From Nitrospiraceae bacterium (GTDB lineage Bacteria; Nitrospirota; Nitrospiria; Nitrospirales; Nitrospiraceae), in NCBI GenBank assembly GCA_050246315.1, contig JBFWWG010000016.1, forward strand, positions 1 through 64,000: a stretch of 64,000 nucleotides of DNA, given 5' to 3'. The notes beneath the pieces were generated by a model that was given only the letters and a program-made list of their open reading frames with translations, was not told where the DNA came from and did no database searches. A program made the translations under genes and the position numbers. Positions 28,466 to 38,123 of this stretch are shown here, one piece after another (positions within the stretch are counted from its first letter, which is position 1; each line of letters opens with the position of its first letter).

Positions 28466-28547
28466 TTCCAGGCACCTGTCGGAAGAAATCTTGTGCGGCG
28501 ATGTGTTGGTTGCCGCGAGTGAGTTGGAGCAACAGGAGGGAGACGTT

Positions 28548-28802
28548 ATGGCAGACGAAGGACGCAAAGCGACGACGGTGGACGAGCGGGTCAAGAAGAT
28601 CATTGCGGAGCAGCTTGGAGTCGAGGAAGATGAAGTGACTCCGGAAGCGTCGTTCGTCGAGGACCTTGGCGCCGACTCGCTCGATACGGTCGAGCTGGTC
28701 ATGGCGCTGGAGGAGGAATTCGAGATCGAAATCCCCGACGAAGACGCCGAAAAAATTCTCACGGTGGGCAAAGCGCTCGACTATATCAAAGAGAAGGTCT
28801 GA
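28548..28802 (+). CDS. acpP: Acyl carrier protein
   Basis: [23 protein letters not shown]. Confidence 0.95.
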   Translation: MADEGRKATTVDERVKKIIAEQLGVEEDEVTPEASFVEDLGADSLDTVELVMALEEEFEIEIPDEDAEKILTVGKALDYIKEKV

Positions 28803-28820
28803 GAAGACGGCGGGACTCGT

Positions 28821-30074
28821 ATGAACCAGGTGGGAGCACAACGGCGTGTGATGGTGACCGGGTTGGGGGCGGTGACCCCGTTGGGCACCGGCGTGGAGAA
28901 GACCTGGAATGCCATCTGTGCCGGGCAATCGGGCATCGGCCGCATTGCGCGCTTCGACCCAGCCGGGTATGACGCGCAGATCGCCGGCGAGGTCAAGGAC
29001 TTCGATCCTGCGCAGTTCATCGAGAAGAAAGAGATCAAGAAGATGGACACGTTCATCCACTATGCCGTCGGCGCTGCCCAGATGGCGGTGGATGACGCCG
29101 GATACAAAGTCGCTCCGGAAGAGGCGACCCGTGTCGGGGTCTATATCGGATCGGGGATCGGCGGGCTGGGGTCTATCGAGTATTACGGTAAGGTGCTCAA
29201 GGAAAAAGGGCCGGGCCGAGTCTCCCCCTTCTTTATTCCCATGACCATCATCAACCTGGCTTCAGGCCAGGTCGCGATCCGCATGGGGGCCAAGGGTCCG
29301 AATTCCTGTGCGGTCACGGCCTGCGCGACCGGCAACCATTGCATCGGCGATGCGTTTCGGCTCATCCAGCGTGATGAAGCGGATGTGATGGTTGCGGGTG
29401 GAGCCGAGGCGGCCATCACCCCGCTGGGTGTCGCCGGATTCGCGTCTGCCAAGGCGTTGTCGTTTCGAAACGACGAGCCGACCAGAGCCAGCCGTCCGTT
29501 CGACCGAGACCGTGATGGCTTTGTGCTGGGCGAGGGCGCAGGCGTGTTGGTATTAGAGGAATTGGAGCATGCGCGCCGGAGAGGCGCCCGGATCTACGCC
29601 GAGGTGATCGGCTATGCAATGAACAGCGACGCTTACCACATCACGGCGCCTCCCGAAGAAGGGGAGGGGGCCGTGCGCTGTATGGAGTTGGCGCTCAAGG
29701 ATGCGGGGATCGCCAAGCACCAGGTTGGATACATCAACGCGCATGGAACTTCCACGATGGCGGATGCCATCGAGACCAAGGCGATCAAACAGGTGTTTGG
29801 AGAGCAGGCCTACAGGATTCCGGTCAGCTCGACGAAGTCGATGACAGGCCATCTGCTGGGGGCCGCGGGAGGGATTGAGGCGATATTCTCGATTCTGGCG
29901 ATTCACCACGGCCTGTTGCCTCCGACGATCAATCTGGAGCATCCAGATCCAGCCTGCGACCTGGACTATGTACCGAACAAGGTTCGGCCCGCGTCACCGT
30001 CGGTGGCCTTATCGAACTCGTTCGGCTTCGGCGGGGTCAATGCCTGCGTTCTGTTCCAGCGCATGGGTGCATGA
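28821..30074 (+). CDS. fabF: Beta-ketoacyl-ACP synthase II
   Basis: TACATG, NAHGTST, GHLLGAAG, SNSFGFGG. Confidence 0.95.
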   Translation: MNQVGAQRRVMVTGLGAVTPLGTGVEKTWNAICAGQSGIGRIARFDPAGYDAQIAGEVKDFDPAQFIEKKEIKKMDTFIHYAVGAAQMAVDDAGYKVAPEEATRVGVYIGSGIGGLGSIEYYGKVLKEKGPGRVSPFFIPMTIINLASGQVAIRMGAKGPNSCAVTACATGNHCIGDAFRLIQRDEADVMVAGGAEAAITPLGVAGFASAKALSFRNDEPTRASRPFDRDRDGFVLGEGAGVLVLEELEHARRRGARIYAEVIGYAMNSDAYHITAPPEEGEGAVRCMELALKDAGIAKHQVGYINAHGTSTMADAIETKAIKQVFGEQAYRIPVSSTKSMTGHLLGAAGGIEAIFSILAIHHGLLPPTINLEHPDPACDLDYVPNKVRPASPSVALSNSFGFGGVNACVLFQRMGA

Positions 30075-30113
30075 AACGCCGCATCCCCTTCCTTTCAATA
30101 CGGACATGACGAC

Positions 30114-30836
30114 ATGGACAGGCGGAACGGCATTGACGCCGCGCTGGGCTATGTGTTCCGCCAGCCGGCCTGGCTCGACGAAGCGCTGACCCACAAATCG
30201 TTTCTCAACGAACAACGGCTAAAATCCGGACGACATAACGAGCGGCTCGAACTGCTGGGTGATACGGTGCTGGCGCTTGTCGTCACCGATTATCTTATCG
30301 ATCGCTTCCCTCATCTCGATGAGGGCCGGCTTTCGAAGCTGAAGGGCCACTTGGTGAGCGCTCAGGTCCTGGCCAAGGCGGCTCAGCGTCTGGAGCTAGG
30401 ACGGTTTCTCAGGCTCGGTCGAGGAGAAGAAGCCACGCAAGGTCGCGAGAAGCAGTCGGTGTTGGCCGACGCGTTCGAAGCGGTGCTGGCCGCAATCTAT
30501 CGGGACGGCGGGCTTGACGAGGCCCGGGCGTTCGCGTTACGCGTGTTGGAGGCGGAGCTGCTCGCGCTGGACCAGACCGGCGGCCGGCCGACTCAGGAGG
30601 ACTTCAAGACTCAGCTCCAGGAATATTGCCAGAGCCGCCTCGACATGTTGCCACACTACCACGTGACCGCTGAATCGGGGCCCGACCACCGAAAGGTGTT
30701 CGAGGTGGAACTCACCATCGGTGGGCGGGCATATGGAGTTGGACACGGTCATACCAAGAAAGCGGCGGAGCAAGCGGCTGCCCGCGAGGCCTTGGGCCGC
30801 CTCGGAGAGGAAGACGGAACGCCGATTCTCGACTGA
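30114..30836 (+). CDS. rnc: Ribonuclease III
   Basis: NERLELLGD signature, ADAFEA, dsRBD with KKAAEQ. Confidence 0.93.
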   Translation: MDRRNGIDAALGYVFRQPAWLDEALTHKSFLNEQRLKSGRHNERLELLGDTVLALVVTDYLIDRFPHLDEGRLSKLKGHLVSAQVLAKAAQRLELGRFLRLGRGEEATQGREKQSVLADAFEAVLAAIYRDGGLDEARAFALRVLEAELLALDQTGGRPTQEDFKTQLQEYCQSRLDMLPHYHVTAESGPDHRKVFEVELTIGGRAYGVGHGHTKKAAEQAAAREALGRLGEEDGTPILD

Positions 30837-30891
30837 GAACCATCGCAGCAACACCACAAGCAATCTCGAGTCAACAAACAGGGAGGAAAGG

Positions 30892-31479
30892 ATGGCGACC
30901 ATCATCAAAGGACTCGGCATCGCAGTCATGGCGGGGGGCTTGGTCTTGGGAGGAATCTTCTCGGGGCCGGTCGCAGGGGCGGCAGAATCTTCCAAGCAGC
31001 CCACGCGGGCGCTCATTAAAACCAAACACGGCGAGATCGAGCTCAAGTTTTTCCCGGATGTGGCCCCGAACCATGTCGAGAATTTCGTCAAGCTGGCGAA
31101 ATCCGGGTTCTATAACGGGACCATCTTTCATCGAGTGATTCCCGGCTTCATGATTCAGGGTGGAGATCCCAACACCAAAGATCTCTCCAAGAAGGATACC
31201 TATGGCATGGGTGGGCCTGGGTACAATGTGAAAGCCGAGTTTAACGAGATTCCGCACAAGCGGGGCATCGTCTCGATGGCACGATCGGCGGATCCCGACA
31301 GCGCCGGGAGTCAGTTCTTCATTGTGGTGGAGGACTCCCGGTTTCTGGACCGGAAATACACCGCCTTCGGAGAGGTGACGAAGGGGATCGGGGTTGCCGA
31401 CAAGATTGTCAACCTGCCGCGTGATGCCAAGGACAATCCGATCGAGCGCGTGGAAATGACTGTGACGATTCTGGAATAG
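30892..31479 (+). CDS. Cyclophilin-type peptidyl-prolyl isomerase with signal peptide
   Basis: FHRVIPGFMIQGGDP, SMAR, SAGSQFFI. Confidence 0.92.
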   Translation: MATIIKGLGIAVMAGGLVLGGIFSGPVAGAAESSKQPTRALIKTKHGEIELKFFPDVAPNHVENFVKLAKSGFYNGTIFHRVIPGFMIQGGDPNTKDLSKKDTYGMGGPGYNVKAEFNEIPHKRGIVSMARSADPDSAGSQFFIVVEDSRFLDRKYTAFGEVTKGIGVADKIVNLPRDAKDNPIERVEMTVTILE

Positions 31480-31516
31480 CCGAGTCCCGTGCCGGCGGAG
31501 AACTTGCCCCGGGCCG

Positions 31517-32098
31517 TCAGAAGGGCGAGGTGCCCTGTTTGGTCTGAATCAGTTGCTGGAGGTGCTGAAGGGCCTTGGTGGCCCGCTCAGCGGAGGAGAC
31601 ACCCTGAAATAGGAGGGTCTCTTCGACGAACTGGGCCCGACGTTCATTGACCTTGCCCTGGCACAGCACGACCTTTTCCACACAGCGGGCTTTTCCTCGG
31701 CAGACCAGTCGGACGGCCTGATATTTCCGGCCGTCGGCGAGCGTTTTCTCACCGTCGTAGTCGATGTGCTCGACATCGTGTAGGTCGAGCCTCGTTGAAC
31801 CTGTGCGGGCGCTCCAAGAGCCGTGGTTGAGTTCAATCAACCCGGCGTTGGCACCGGTCGGGATCACCGCGTAGATTCTGGTTACGGACGGCAGCTTGCC
31901 GATATCCTCTTCCTTGCAACTGAGCGCCCTGATGACGGCCTGCGCGCCGGTGAAATCCGTGAGGAACTGGGACGTTTCTTCAAGAGTCTGGCAGAGGGCC
32001 GGGTAGGGGACGGTGAGGCACCCCGCGATCCACCCGATCGTCGTGGCCGTTCGCAGCAAGCGGATGCGGTTGCGAGGGATGTCGGCGCTGGTCTTCAT
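31517..32098 (-). CDS. Hypothetical exported protein
   Basis: 193-aa ORF with an N-terminal hydrophobic signal-like segment; fills the gap between convergent genes. Confidence 0.6.
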   Translation of the reverse strand: MKTSADIPRNRIRLLRTATTIGWIAGCLTVPYPALCQTLEETSQFLTDFTGAQAVIRALSCKEEDIGKLPSVTRIYAVIPTGANAGLIELNHGSWSARTGSTRLDLHDVEHIDYDGEKTLADGRKYQAVRLVCRGKARCVEKVVLCQGKVNERRAQFVEETLLFQGVSSAERATKALQHLQQLIQTKQGTSPF

Positions 32099-32201
32099 GC
32101 CCCCACCGTACTGAAATCACGCCGGGCATTCAAGCGGTTGGCGATTGCGTCCGACGCTGTAAGTGAGTTTCCGAATGCGGTATGAGCCCCGGATTCCTGG
32201 T

Positions 32202-32903
32202 TCAGTGCTGATGATGTTCGCAACCGGGTCCATGGACATGCGGGGCCTGGCCACCGGGCGGCAGTGCGAATTGGCCGGGGATAATGATGCTTTTGCGGTC
32301 GTCGCGGCGGGCCAAGTGTTCGGCGATCTCCGGATGCGCGGCGCGCACGTAGCCGATCAGAGCCTGCAGAAACCGCTGGGATTGAAATGCGTCGCCTGAA
32401 AACTCGGAAATAAACCTCACCGCTCGGTCGAGCACCTCCGGCGAGCTTTGCAATTCGACCATGTCCTGGGGTTGCTGTTTCTTGAACGCGTCGTATTCCT
32501 TTTTCAGATGCTCGGCGAAGACCGGAAGCGGTCCCCCAGGGACATGCAGAGGGCTCAATCCACGGCGTAGGGCCTGGAGTCCCGCGATCACCTCCGCGTC
32601 CTGCCCGTCTCGCCGATCTTGGAAGTATCCAAAAGCGACCACTTCAACCAGGTTGAACAGGGCTGCGGCCTTGTCTCCGCCCAGCTCGGCGAGTTGGCGA
32701 TAGAACTCGCGCCGTAGCGGGGCCAACAGGTCGCCCAACCGCTTTTGCTGGTAATCCATGCCGGTATGCAAGTAGGCACAATCGGGCGGGCAGGCAATTC
32801 GGACAACCCGCGATTCTCCGCAACAGTTGGGGCAAATCAATCCGCCTAGAGCGGGACAGCTCCGCTTGCCCTTGCGTTGATGGCAATAGATGCACTTGCT
32901 CAC
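32202..32903 (-). CDS. Hypothetical protein with Cys-rich N-terminal Zn-finger-like domain and His-rich tail
   Basis: CIYC..CP....ICPNCC....CPPDC; C-terminal HVHGPGCEHHQH. Confidence 0.75.
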   Translation of the reverse strand: MSKCIYCHQRKGKRSCPALGGLICPNCCGESRVVRIACPPDCAYLHTGMDYQQKRLGDLLAPLRREFYRQLAELGGDKAAALFNLVEVVAFGYFQDRRDGQDAEVIAGLQALRRGLSPLHVPGGPLPVFAEHLKKEYDAFKKQQPQDMVELQSSPEVLDRAVRFISEFSGDAFQSQRFLQALIGYVRAAHPEIAEHLARRDDRKSIIIPGQFALPPGGQAPHVHGPGCEHHQH

Positions 32904-33955
32904 TTGGATGGCGCCTCTTTGGGTGGGCCGTCTTTCGGCGGGCCGGTAAAGCCGTAGTCGGCCAGCGTCCGCCTCGTGTCACCCGATTTCACGGGCGATT
33001 CCAGTCCGTTCACTTCCGCGGCGTCTCCGTAGTGGTAGGGAACCAGGATGACGTGGTTTGTGCGGTCGATGGCGATGTCGGCGGGCGAGGGGAGGTATTC
33101 GGCGATGACCTGGAGTTTACGATCCGACGCCATGCGCCAAATTTTTCCCCTGGTGAAGTCCGAGATGTACATGCTGCCCCATCGGTCGAAATCCACCCCC
33201 GAGAGGTTCCCGAACCGTGAGGAGAAAAACCCGTTCGAGATCAATTCCGTGATCGTCCCGTCCAGCCGCACCTCCACGATGTTTCCCTTGTCCCAACTGA
33301 CCACGACGAGCCGATCCCCTTTCGGGTGAACGGCCAATCCTGCGGGACCGCCCAACTGCGGGTCTCGCACCAGGGTCGAAACCTGGTGCTGATGCGGCAC
33401 ATCGATGCGGAAAATGCTCTGTCCAGTCCGGTCGGACACGTAGAGCAAGTCCTTGCCGTCGTAGGCGATGTCCATGAGTAGACTGGAATGCCCGGCCTGC
33501 GGGAGGGCTCCGGACCCCAGCGGGAAGGTCAGGAGCAGCTTGCCCGTTGACTTGTCGAAGCCGCGCACCTGGTCCAGGTCGGCCACGTACAGGGTCTGTC
33601 CCACGATGGCGAGTCCTCTGGGTGCGTGCAAGGTGACGCCATCGCGGCCCCCTTCGATGAATTTCAGTGCGACGACCTTCCCGGACTCGTCCACCTTGGT
33701 GATAAAGCCATTGTTGTCTCGGGCGTCTTCGTCGCCGTTGATACTCGAGATAAAGTATTCCTTGGTGTCCGGATCGACGACGAAACTGTACGGCCCGCGG
33801 AGTTCCAGGATCTGCAGACCGAAGGCCGGGACTGTGCCGAAACAGAGCGCCGCTGCCATGGCGAGGGCGCGCAGGATCGGCCTATAAATGGTGGTCTCTT
33901 GGAGCCTGTTCCCTTGTCGGGCTGGCGGAAGCAGGGTGGGTTTTTGTTGAAGCAT
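32900..33955 (-). CDS. Exported SMP-30/gluconolactonase-like beta-propeller protein
   Basis: Repeated blades (LHAPRGLAI..LYVAD, LYVSD, GPAGL); start uncertain. Confidence 0.75.
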   Translation of the reverse strand: MLQQKPTLLPPARQGNRLQETTIYRPILRALAMAAALCFGTVPAFGLQILELRGPYSFVVDPDTKEYFISSINGDEDARDNNGFITKVDESGKVVALKFIEGGRDGVTLHAPRGLAIVGQTLYVADLDQVRGFDKSTGKLLLTFPLGSGALPQAGHSSLLMDIAYDGKDLLYVSDRTGQSIFRIDVPHQHQVSTLVRDPQLGGPAGLAVHPKGDRLVVVSWDKGNIVEVRLDGTITELISNGFFSSRFGNLSGVDFDRWGSMYISDFTRGKIWRMASDRKLQVIAEYLPSPADIAIDRTNHVILVPYHYGDAAEVNGLESPVKSGDTRRTLADYGFTGPPKDGPPKEAPSK

Positions 33956-34070
33956 CAAGACCGAACGGCGGTTTGTGCCCGATGGTGTGTGATGAAATCC
34001 GTCCCGCATCGTATCGGACGCTTAAATCGGGTGTCAAGGAACCGGGGCGGGGAGCGCCGATCCGCGCGCG

Positions 34071-34100
34071 TTGACTTGTCGCGGAGGCCCCTGTTATGGT
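34071..34100 (+). promoter_or_regulatory. Sigma70-type promoter of folD-metF-panB
   Basis: TTGACT-18 nt-TATGGT with an extended -10 TG. Confidence 0.55.
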
Positions 34101-34205
34101 CGGATTTTGATATTGATTTCGCGCGCCTGCGTTCGATGGAGACGCTCTCCAGAGCGCGGCTGTCGCGCTCATCGCAGCCTACTTTTGTCCAGGGAGGAGA
34201 AGAAC

Positions 34206-35066
34206 GTGGCAGCTCAGCTCATCGACGGCAAAGCGCTCGCGCAGCAGATTCGGGAACGGATCGCCAAAGACGTCGTGGATCTGGTCGCCCAGAAGGGAGT
34301 GCGCCCCGGGCTGGCTGCGATCCTGGTGGGCGATGATCCCGCCTCCCATATCTATGTCCGCAACAAACAGAAGGCTTGCGACGCAGCCGGCATTTATGTG
34401 GATGAGAACAAGCTTCCGACCTCCACGACGCAGGCGGAGCTGCTGCGGCTAATCGAAAAAGTGAATGCCGATCCAAAAATTCATGGTATTCTGGTGCAAC
34501 TTCCGCTGCCGAAGCATATCGACAGCAAGGTCATTCTGGATTCGGTGTCTCCCCTCAAGGATGCGGACGGATTCCATCCCTACAATTTCGGTCGTTTGGT
34601 CGAAGGGAACCCCATCTTCGAGGCCTGCACGCCCAAAGGCGTGATCAAGATGATCGAATCCACAGGAGTGGCGATCGAGAGCAAGCGGGCCGTCGTCCTC
34701 GGCCGCAGCAACATCGTCGGCAAGCCTGCGGCGTTGCTGTTGTTGCATCGCCATGCGACCGTGACGATTTGCCACAGCAAGACCAAGGATCTGCCGGCCG
34801 TCTGCCGGGAAGCCGACATTCTGGTCGTGGCCATCGGCAAGGCCAAGTTCGTCACCGCCGATATGGTCCGAGAGGGCGCGATGGTCATCGATGTCGGGAC
34901 CAATCGAACTGCTGAAGGGAAAGTGGTCGGCGACGTGGATTACGAGCCGGTGAGCCGAAAGGCCGGATGGATCAGTCCGGTTCCGGGTGGCGTGGGGCCG
35001 ATGACGATCGCGATGTTGCTCGACAATACGCTGGAGTCGGCCAAGCGGGCGGCCGGGTTGGTGTAA
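34206..35066 (+). CDS. folD: Methylenetetrahydrofolate dehydrogenase/cyclohydrolase
   Basis: YVRNKQK, LVQLPLP, KDADGFHP, GRSNIVGKP, PVPGGVGPMT; GTG start after GGAGGAG. Confidence 0.95.
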   Translation: MAAQLIDGKALAQQIRERIAKDVVDLVAQKGVRPGLAAILVGDDPASHIYVRNKQKACDAAGIYVDENKLPTSTTQAELLRLIEKVNADPKIHGILVQLPLPKHIDSKVILDSVSPLKDADGFHPYNFGRLVEGNPIFEACTPKGVIKMIESTGVAIESKRAVVLGRSNIVGKPAALLLLHRHATVTICHSKTKDLPAVCREADILVVAIGKAKFVTADMVREGAMVIDVGTNRTAEGKVVGDVDYEPVSRKAGWISPVPGGVGPMTIAMLLDNTLESAKRAAGLV

Positions 35067-35081
35067 GGTAGACCTGACCAC

Positions 35082-35972
35082 ATGATGCGCGAACCGCGAC
35101 GGCTGAAGGAAGTGCTGGATCAGGGCCAGTTTGCCGTCACCATCGAGTACAATCCCCCCAAAGGCACCAATATCAGCGGCCTGGTCGAGAGCGCCAAGTC
35201 CTTGGTCGGACGCGTGCATGGCGTCAACGTCACAGACTGCACGGCGGCGATCATGAGGGCCAGCTCGCTCTCGGTCTGTCGGATTCTCTACGAGCTGGGG
35301 CACGATCCGGTCATGCAGATGACCTGTCGGGACCGCAACCGGATCGCGATTCAGGCGGATCTGTTAGGCGGGCACTTGCTGGGCATCCGGAACATTCTCT
35401 GTCTGACCGGCGATTACCCGACTGTGGGAGACCACAAGGATGCGAAGCCCGTCTACGACCTGGATTCCGTCCAGATCATGCAGATCGTTCAGGGGCTCAA
35501 TAACGGTCGGGACTGGGCCGGCAACAAGCTGGATGGTCCGACCGACTTCACCCCTGGCGGGGCGGTCACGCCGGAGGCCGATCCGCTGGGGCCGATGCTG
35601 GCGAAGTTCGAAACGAAGGTCAAGGCCGGCGCCCACTTCTTTCAAACCCAAGCCATCTACCATCCCGAGCAGTTTGCGACCTTCATGCAGGCCGTGCGCA
35701 AGTTCAAGGTCAAGGTGCTGGCCGGGATTCTGCTCTTGCGCAACGCGAAAATGGCCGAGTTCATGAATGCCAATATTCCCGGCGTCTCGGTACCGCAGGA
35801 GATGATCGACGAACTCAAGGCCGCCGGCGACAAACATGCCATCGAAGCCGGCGTGGAGATCGCCGTCCGCACGATCAAGGCCGTGCGCTCCCATTGCGAC
35901 GGGGTCCACATCATGGCCATCAAGGCCACCGACCGGTTGCCTCAGATCCTCACCAACGCCTCCCTCGGCTGA
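35082..35972 (+). CDS. metF: Methylenetetrahydrofolate reductase
   Basis: EYNPPKG, NVTD, TCRDRNR, LTGD, GAHFFQTQ, DGVHIM. Confidence 0.9.
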   Translation: MMREPRRLKEVLDQGQFAVTIEYNPPKGTNISGLVESAKSLVGRVHGVNVTDCTAAIMRASSLSVCRILYELGHDPVMQMTCRDRNRIAIQADLLGGHLLGIRNILCLTGDYPTVGDHKDAKPVYDLDSVQIMQIVQGLNNGRDWAGNKLDGPTDFTPGGAVTPEADPLGPMLAKFETKVKAGAHFFQTQAIYHPEQFATFMQAVRKFKVKVLAGILLLRNAKMAEFMNANIPGVSVPQEMIDELKAAGDKHAIEAGVEIAVRTIKAVRSHCDGVHIMAIKATDRLPQILTNASLG

Positions 35973-36760
35973 TGAACATTCCCGACTTCCAGCGCGCGAA
36001 GCGCGAAGGAAAGAGGATTGTCGTCGTGACCGGGTACGACGCCCTGTTCTCCCGCATCATCGAGCAGGCGGGGATCGAGGTCATCCTCGTCGGCGATTCA
36101 TTGGGTATCGTCGTCCAGGGGAAGCACGATACCCTCACCGTGACCATGGAAGACATGGTCTATCACACGCGGCTGGTGGCCGGGGCGACGGAACGGGCGC
36201 TGGTGGTGGCCGACATGCCGTTTCTGTCCTATCAGGTCAGCAACGAGGAAGCGGTGCGAAACGCCGGCCGCCTGATTCAAGCCGGGGCCGCGGCGGTCAA
36301 GCTGGAAGGCGGAGCCAATGTGGTCGAGCGGGTGCAGGCGATGACCCGCTTCGGCATCCCCGTCATGGGGCACGTGGGGATGACTCCGCAGTCGGTGCGC
36401 CAGTATGGCGGCTATAAGGTGCAGGGGAAGGGGGCGGAGCAGGCCAATCGGCTGGTCGAGGATGCCAAGGCCTTGCAGGAGGCCGGAGCCTTTGCCGTCG
36501 TCCTTGAAGCCATGCCCTCCGAGTTGGCGGCCCGCATCACCCGTGATCTCGCGATTCCCACCATTGGGATCGGCGCCGGGGCGTCCTGCGACGGGCAAGT
36601 CTTGGTTCTCTACGATCTGCTGGGCCTCTTCGACGCCTTCGTGCCCAAGTTCGTGAAGCCCTACGCCCATCTTAAAACCGATGCCTTGCGGGCCCTCAAG
36701 CAGTATAAAGAGGAAGTCGAGCAGGGGCGGTTTCCTACCGATCAAGAAAGCTACCACTAA
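35972..36760 (+). CDS. panB: 3-methyl-2-oxobutanoate hydroxymethyltransferase
   Basis: LVGDSLG, ADMPF, VKLEGG, GIGAG..CDGQVLV. Confidence 0.95.
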   Translation: MNIPDFQRAKREGKRIVVVTGYDALFSRIIEQAGIEVILVGDSLGIVVQGKHDTLTVTMEDMVYHTRLVAGATERALVVADMPFLSYQVSNEEAVRNAGRLIQAGAAAVKLEGGANVVERVQAMTRFGIPVMGHVGMTPQSVRQYGGYKVQGKGAEQANRLVEDAKALQEAGAFAVVLEAMPSELAARITRDLAIPTIGIGAGASCDGQVLVLYDLLGLFDAFVPKFVKPYAHLKTDALRALKQYKEEVEQGRFPTDQESYH

Positions 36761-36955
36761 CAGGATGCTGAAAAAGTCCGCCAGTCGAGTACCCGCGTGA
36801 CGGATGGTTACTTGCTCCCTGGCTGTCGTCAAACGTCAAGCGTCATCCGAACTGCGGTGAAGAGGAAAAGGTGAGAAGACTTTCCGCTGCAGTATGTTTG
36901 ACGAATGACGACTGACGAATGACGTCTATCCGAGCGGCGGGATTCTCAGAAAGGG
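36761..36955. repeat. Degenerate MITE-like element (same left end as 23889) containing inverted heptamer arrays
   Basis: CAGGATGCTGAAAAAGTCCGCCAG left end; CGTCAAA-CGTCAAG-CGTCATC facing TGACGAA-TGACGAC-TGACGAA-TGACG. Confidence 0.6.
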
Positions 36956-37142
36956 CCACATTGACACCCTCTTGGATATCTCAGACAATTCGGCTGGTCT
37001 TGTGGGTGTTGGGATGCGGAACCTCGCGAAATAGGCTACCAGAAGGCGCAGTGTGGCGGCGGCTCACTCCTATGGTTAGGCTAAAGGTAACAGGAATGGC
37101 AAAGATGTGAAGTTCCCAGTATTATCGTAGGGAGGTATCGTC

Positions 37143-37376
37143 ATGGGACATGCGTCAGCGCACGAACCTCCGGGGTTTAGCAAGCTTTCGAAGGCGGAGC
37201 AGATTCGCTATTTGCAGGCGCTCTGGGACCGCATTGCGGAGAATTCGGGCGACCTCCCAGTGCCGCAGAGCCACATCGAGCTGGCAGAACAACGGCTCGC
37301 TGATTACCGCCGTGACCCCACCAAAGCTCGGTCGGCCCACGATGTCCTTCGGCGTCTCGGTAAGAAGAGCCGGTGA
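37143..37376 (+). CDS. Addiction-module antitoxin component
   Basis: LSKAEQI..LQALWD.I...P.P..H.....RL; GGGAGG RBS; GTGA overlap with the toxin. Confidence 0.8.
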   Translation: MGHASAHEPPGFSKLSKAEQIRYLQALWDRIAENSGDLPVPQSHIELAEQRLADYRRDPTKARSAHDVLRRLGKKSR

Positions 37377-37675
37377 TCAAGTACCGTCTCGTTTCTGAAC
37401 CGCAGGCCGATCTCGATATTGAGGCGACCTTCCACTGGTACGAGAACGAACAGTCAGGGTTGGGCTTGGAGTTTCTCGATGAGCTGCTTGCTACCTACAA
37501 CCGTATCGTCGAGGGTCCGCTGAAGTACCAAGAACTCAGGTCTGGTATCCGCCGGGCGCTGGTAAGACGCTTTCCGTATGCCGTCTACTTTGCCGTCGAA
37601 GGCAATGCCATTGTGGTGCTGGCCGTGCTCCACGCGAGCCGTGATCCAGCGGAGTGGCAGAGGCGGAGAGGCTAA
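37373..37675 (+). CDS. RelE/ParE-family toxin (intact)
   Basis: A..DI.....WY....GLG..F, RRALVRRFPYAVYF, LAVLHASRDP. Confidence 0.88.
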   Translation: MIKYRLVSEPQADLDIEATFHWYENEQSGLGLEFLDELLATYNRIVEGPLKYQELRSGIRRALVRRFPYAVYFAVEGNAIVVLAVLHASRDPAEWQRRRG

Positions 37676-37736
37676 CTTTACGCTCAACTCGGACGCGTGT
37701 AACACTAGCCTGTGCCGGTTAGCCCGAACGTTGCGG
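37670..37736 (+). other. Integron attC site
   Basis: GGCTAAC (contains toxin stop) ... GTTGCGG; arms GCT(C)AAC(T)CGG / CCGGTTAGC with two extrahelical bases; cassette start GTTAGGC at 37075. Confidence 0.7.
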
Positions 37737-37945
37737 CCCTCACCGTCCCGCCGATGCTCTGTGGCGGCGGACCGCCTCGGCTCACGAATTTGCGGTGCCG
37801 GGTACCCGTTGCTCGTGGATGCAACGGGTGAACCGTGATTCGCGAAGCAGGCCGTCCCATCCACGCGCGAGCCCGTCCAGACACTGGAAGCCATGATCTT
37901 CCTGGCGAGTGTTTGAAAGAAGAGGGTCAGGCATGAGTATTGACT

Positions 37946-38020
37946 TACGCCCACCTCAAAACCGACGCCTTGCGCGCCCTCAAGCAGTATAAGGAAGAGG
38001 TCGAGCAGGGGCAGTTTCCT
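37946..38020 (+). repeat. Diverged duplicate of the panB 3' region (36662-36736)
   Basis: 75 bp with 8 differences, 7 of them synonymous. Confidence 0.9.
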
Positions 38021-38025
38021 GCTAG

Positions 38026-38123
38026 GGAAGGTCTGATCAATTCAAAATTCTAGGCCGCGATCAGCCAGATTCCCCGTCTTTGGTACACCTACCAATCGAA
38101 TTTGGGAATTATTCAGACCTTCC
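38026..38123. mobile_element. IS5-family-derived MITE with CTAG target duplication
   Basis: CTAG-GGAAGGTCTGATCAATTC ... GAATTATTCAGACCTTCC-CTAG; ends resemble the IS5 TIR GGAAGGTGCGAA. Confidence 0.8.
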
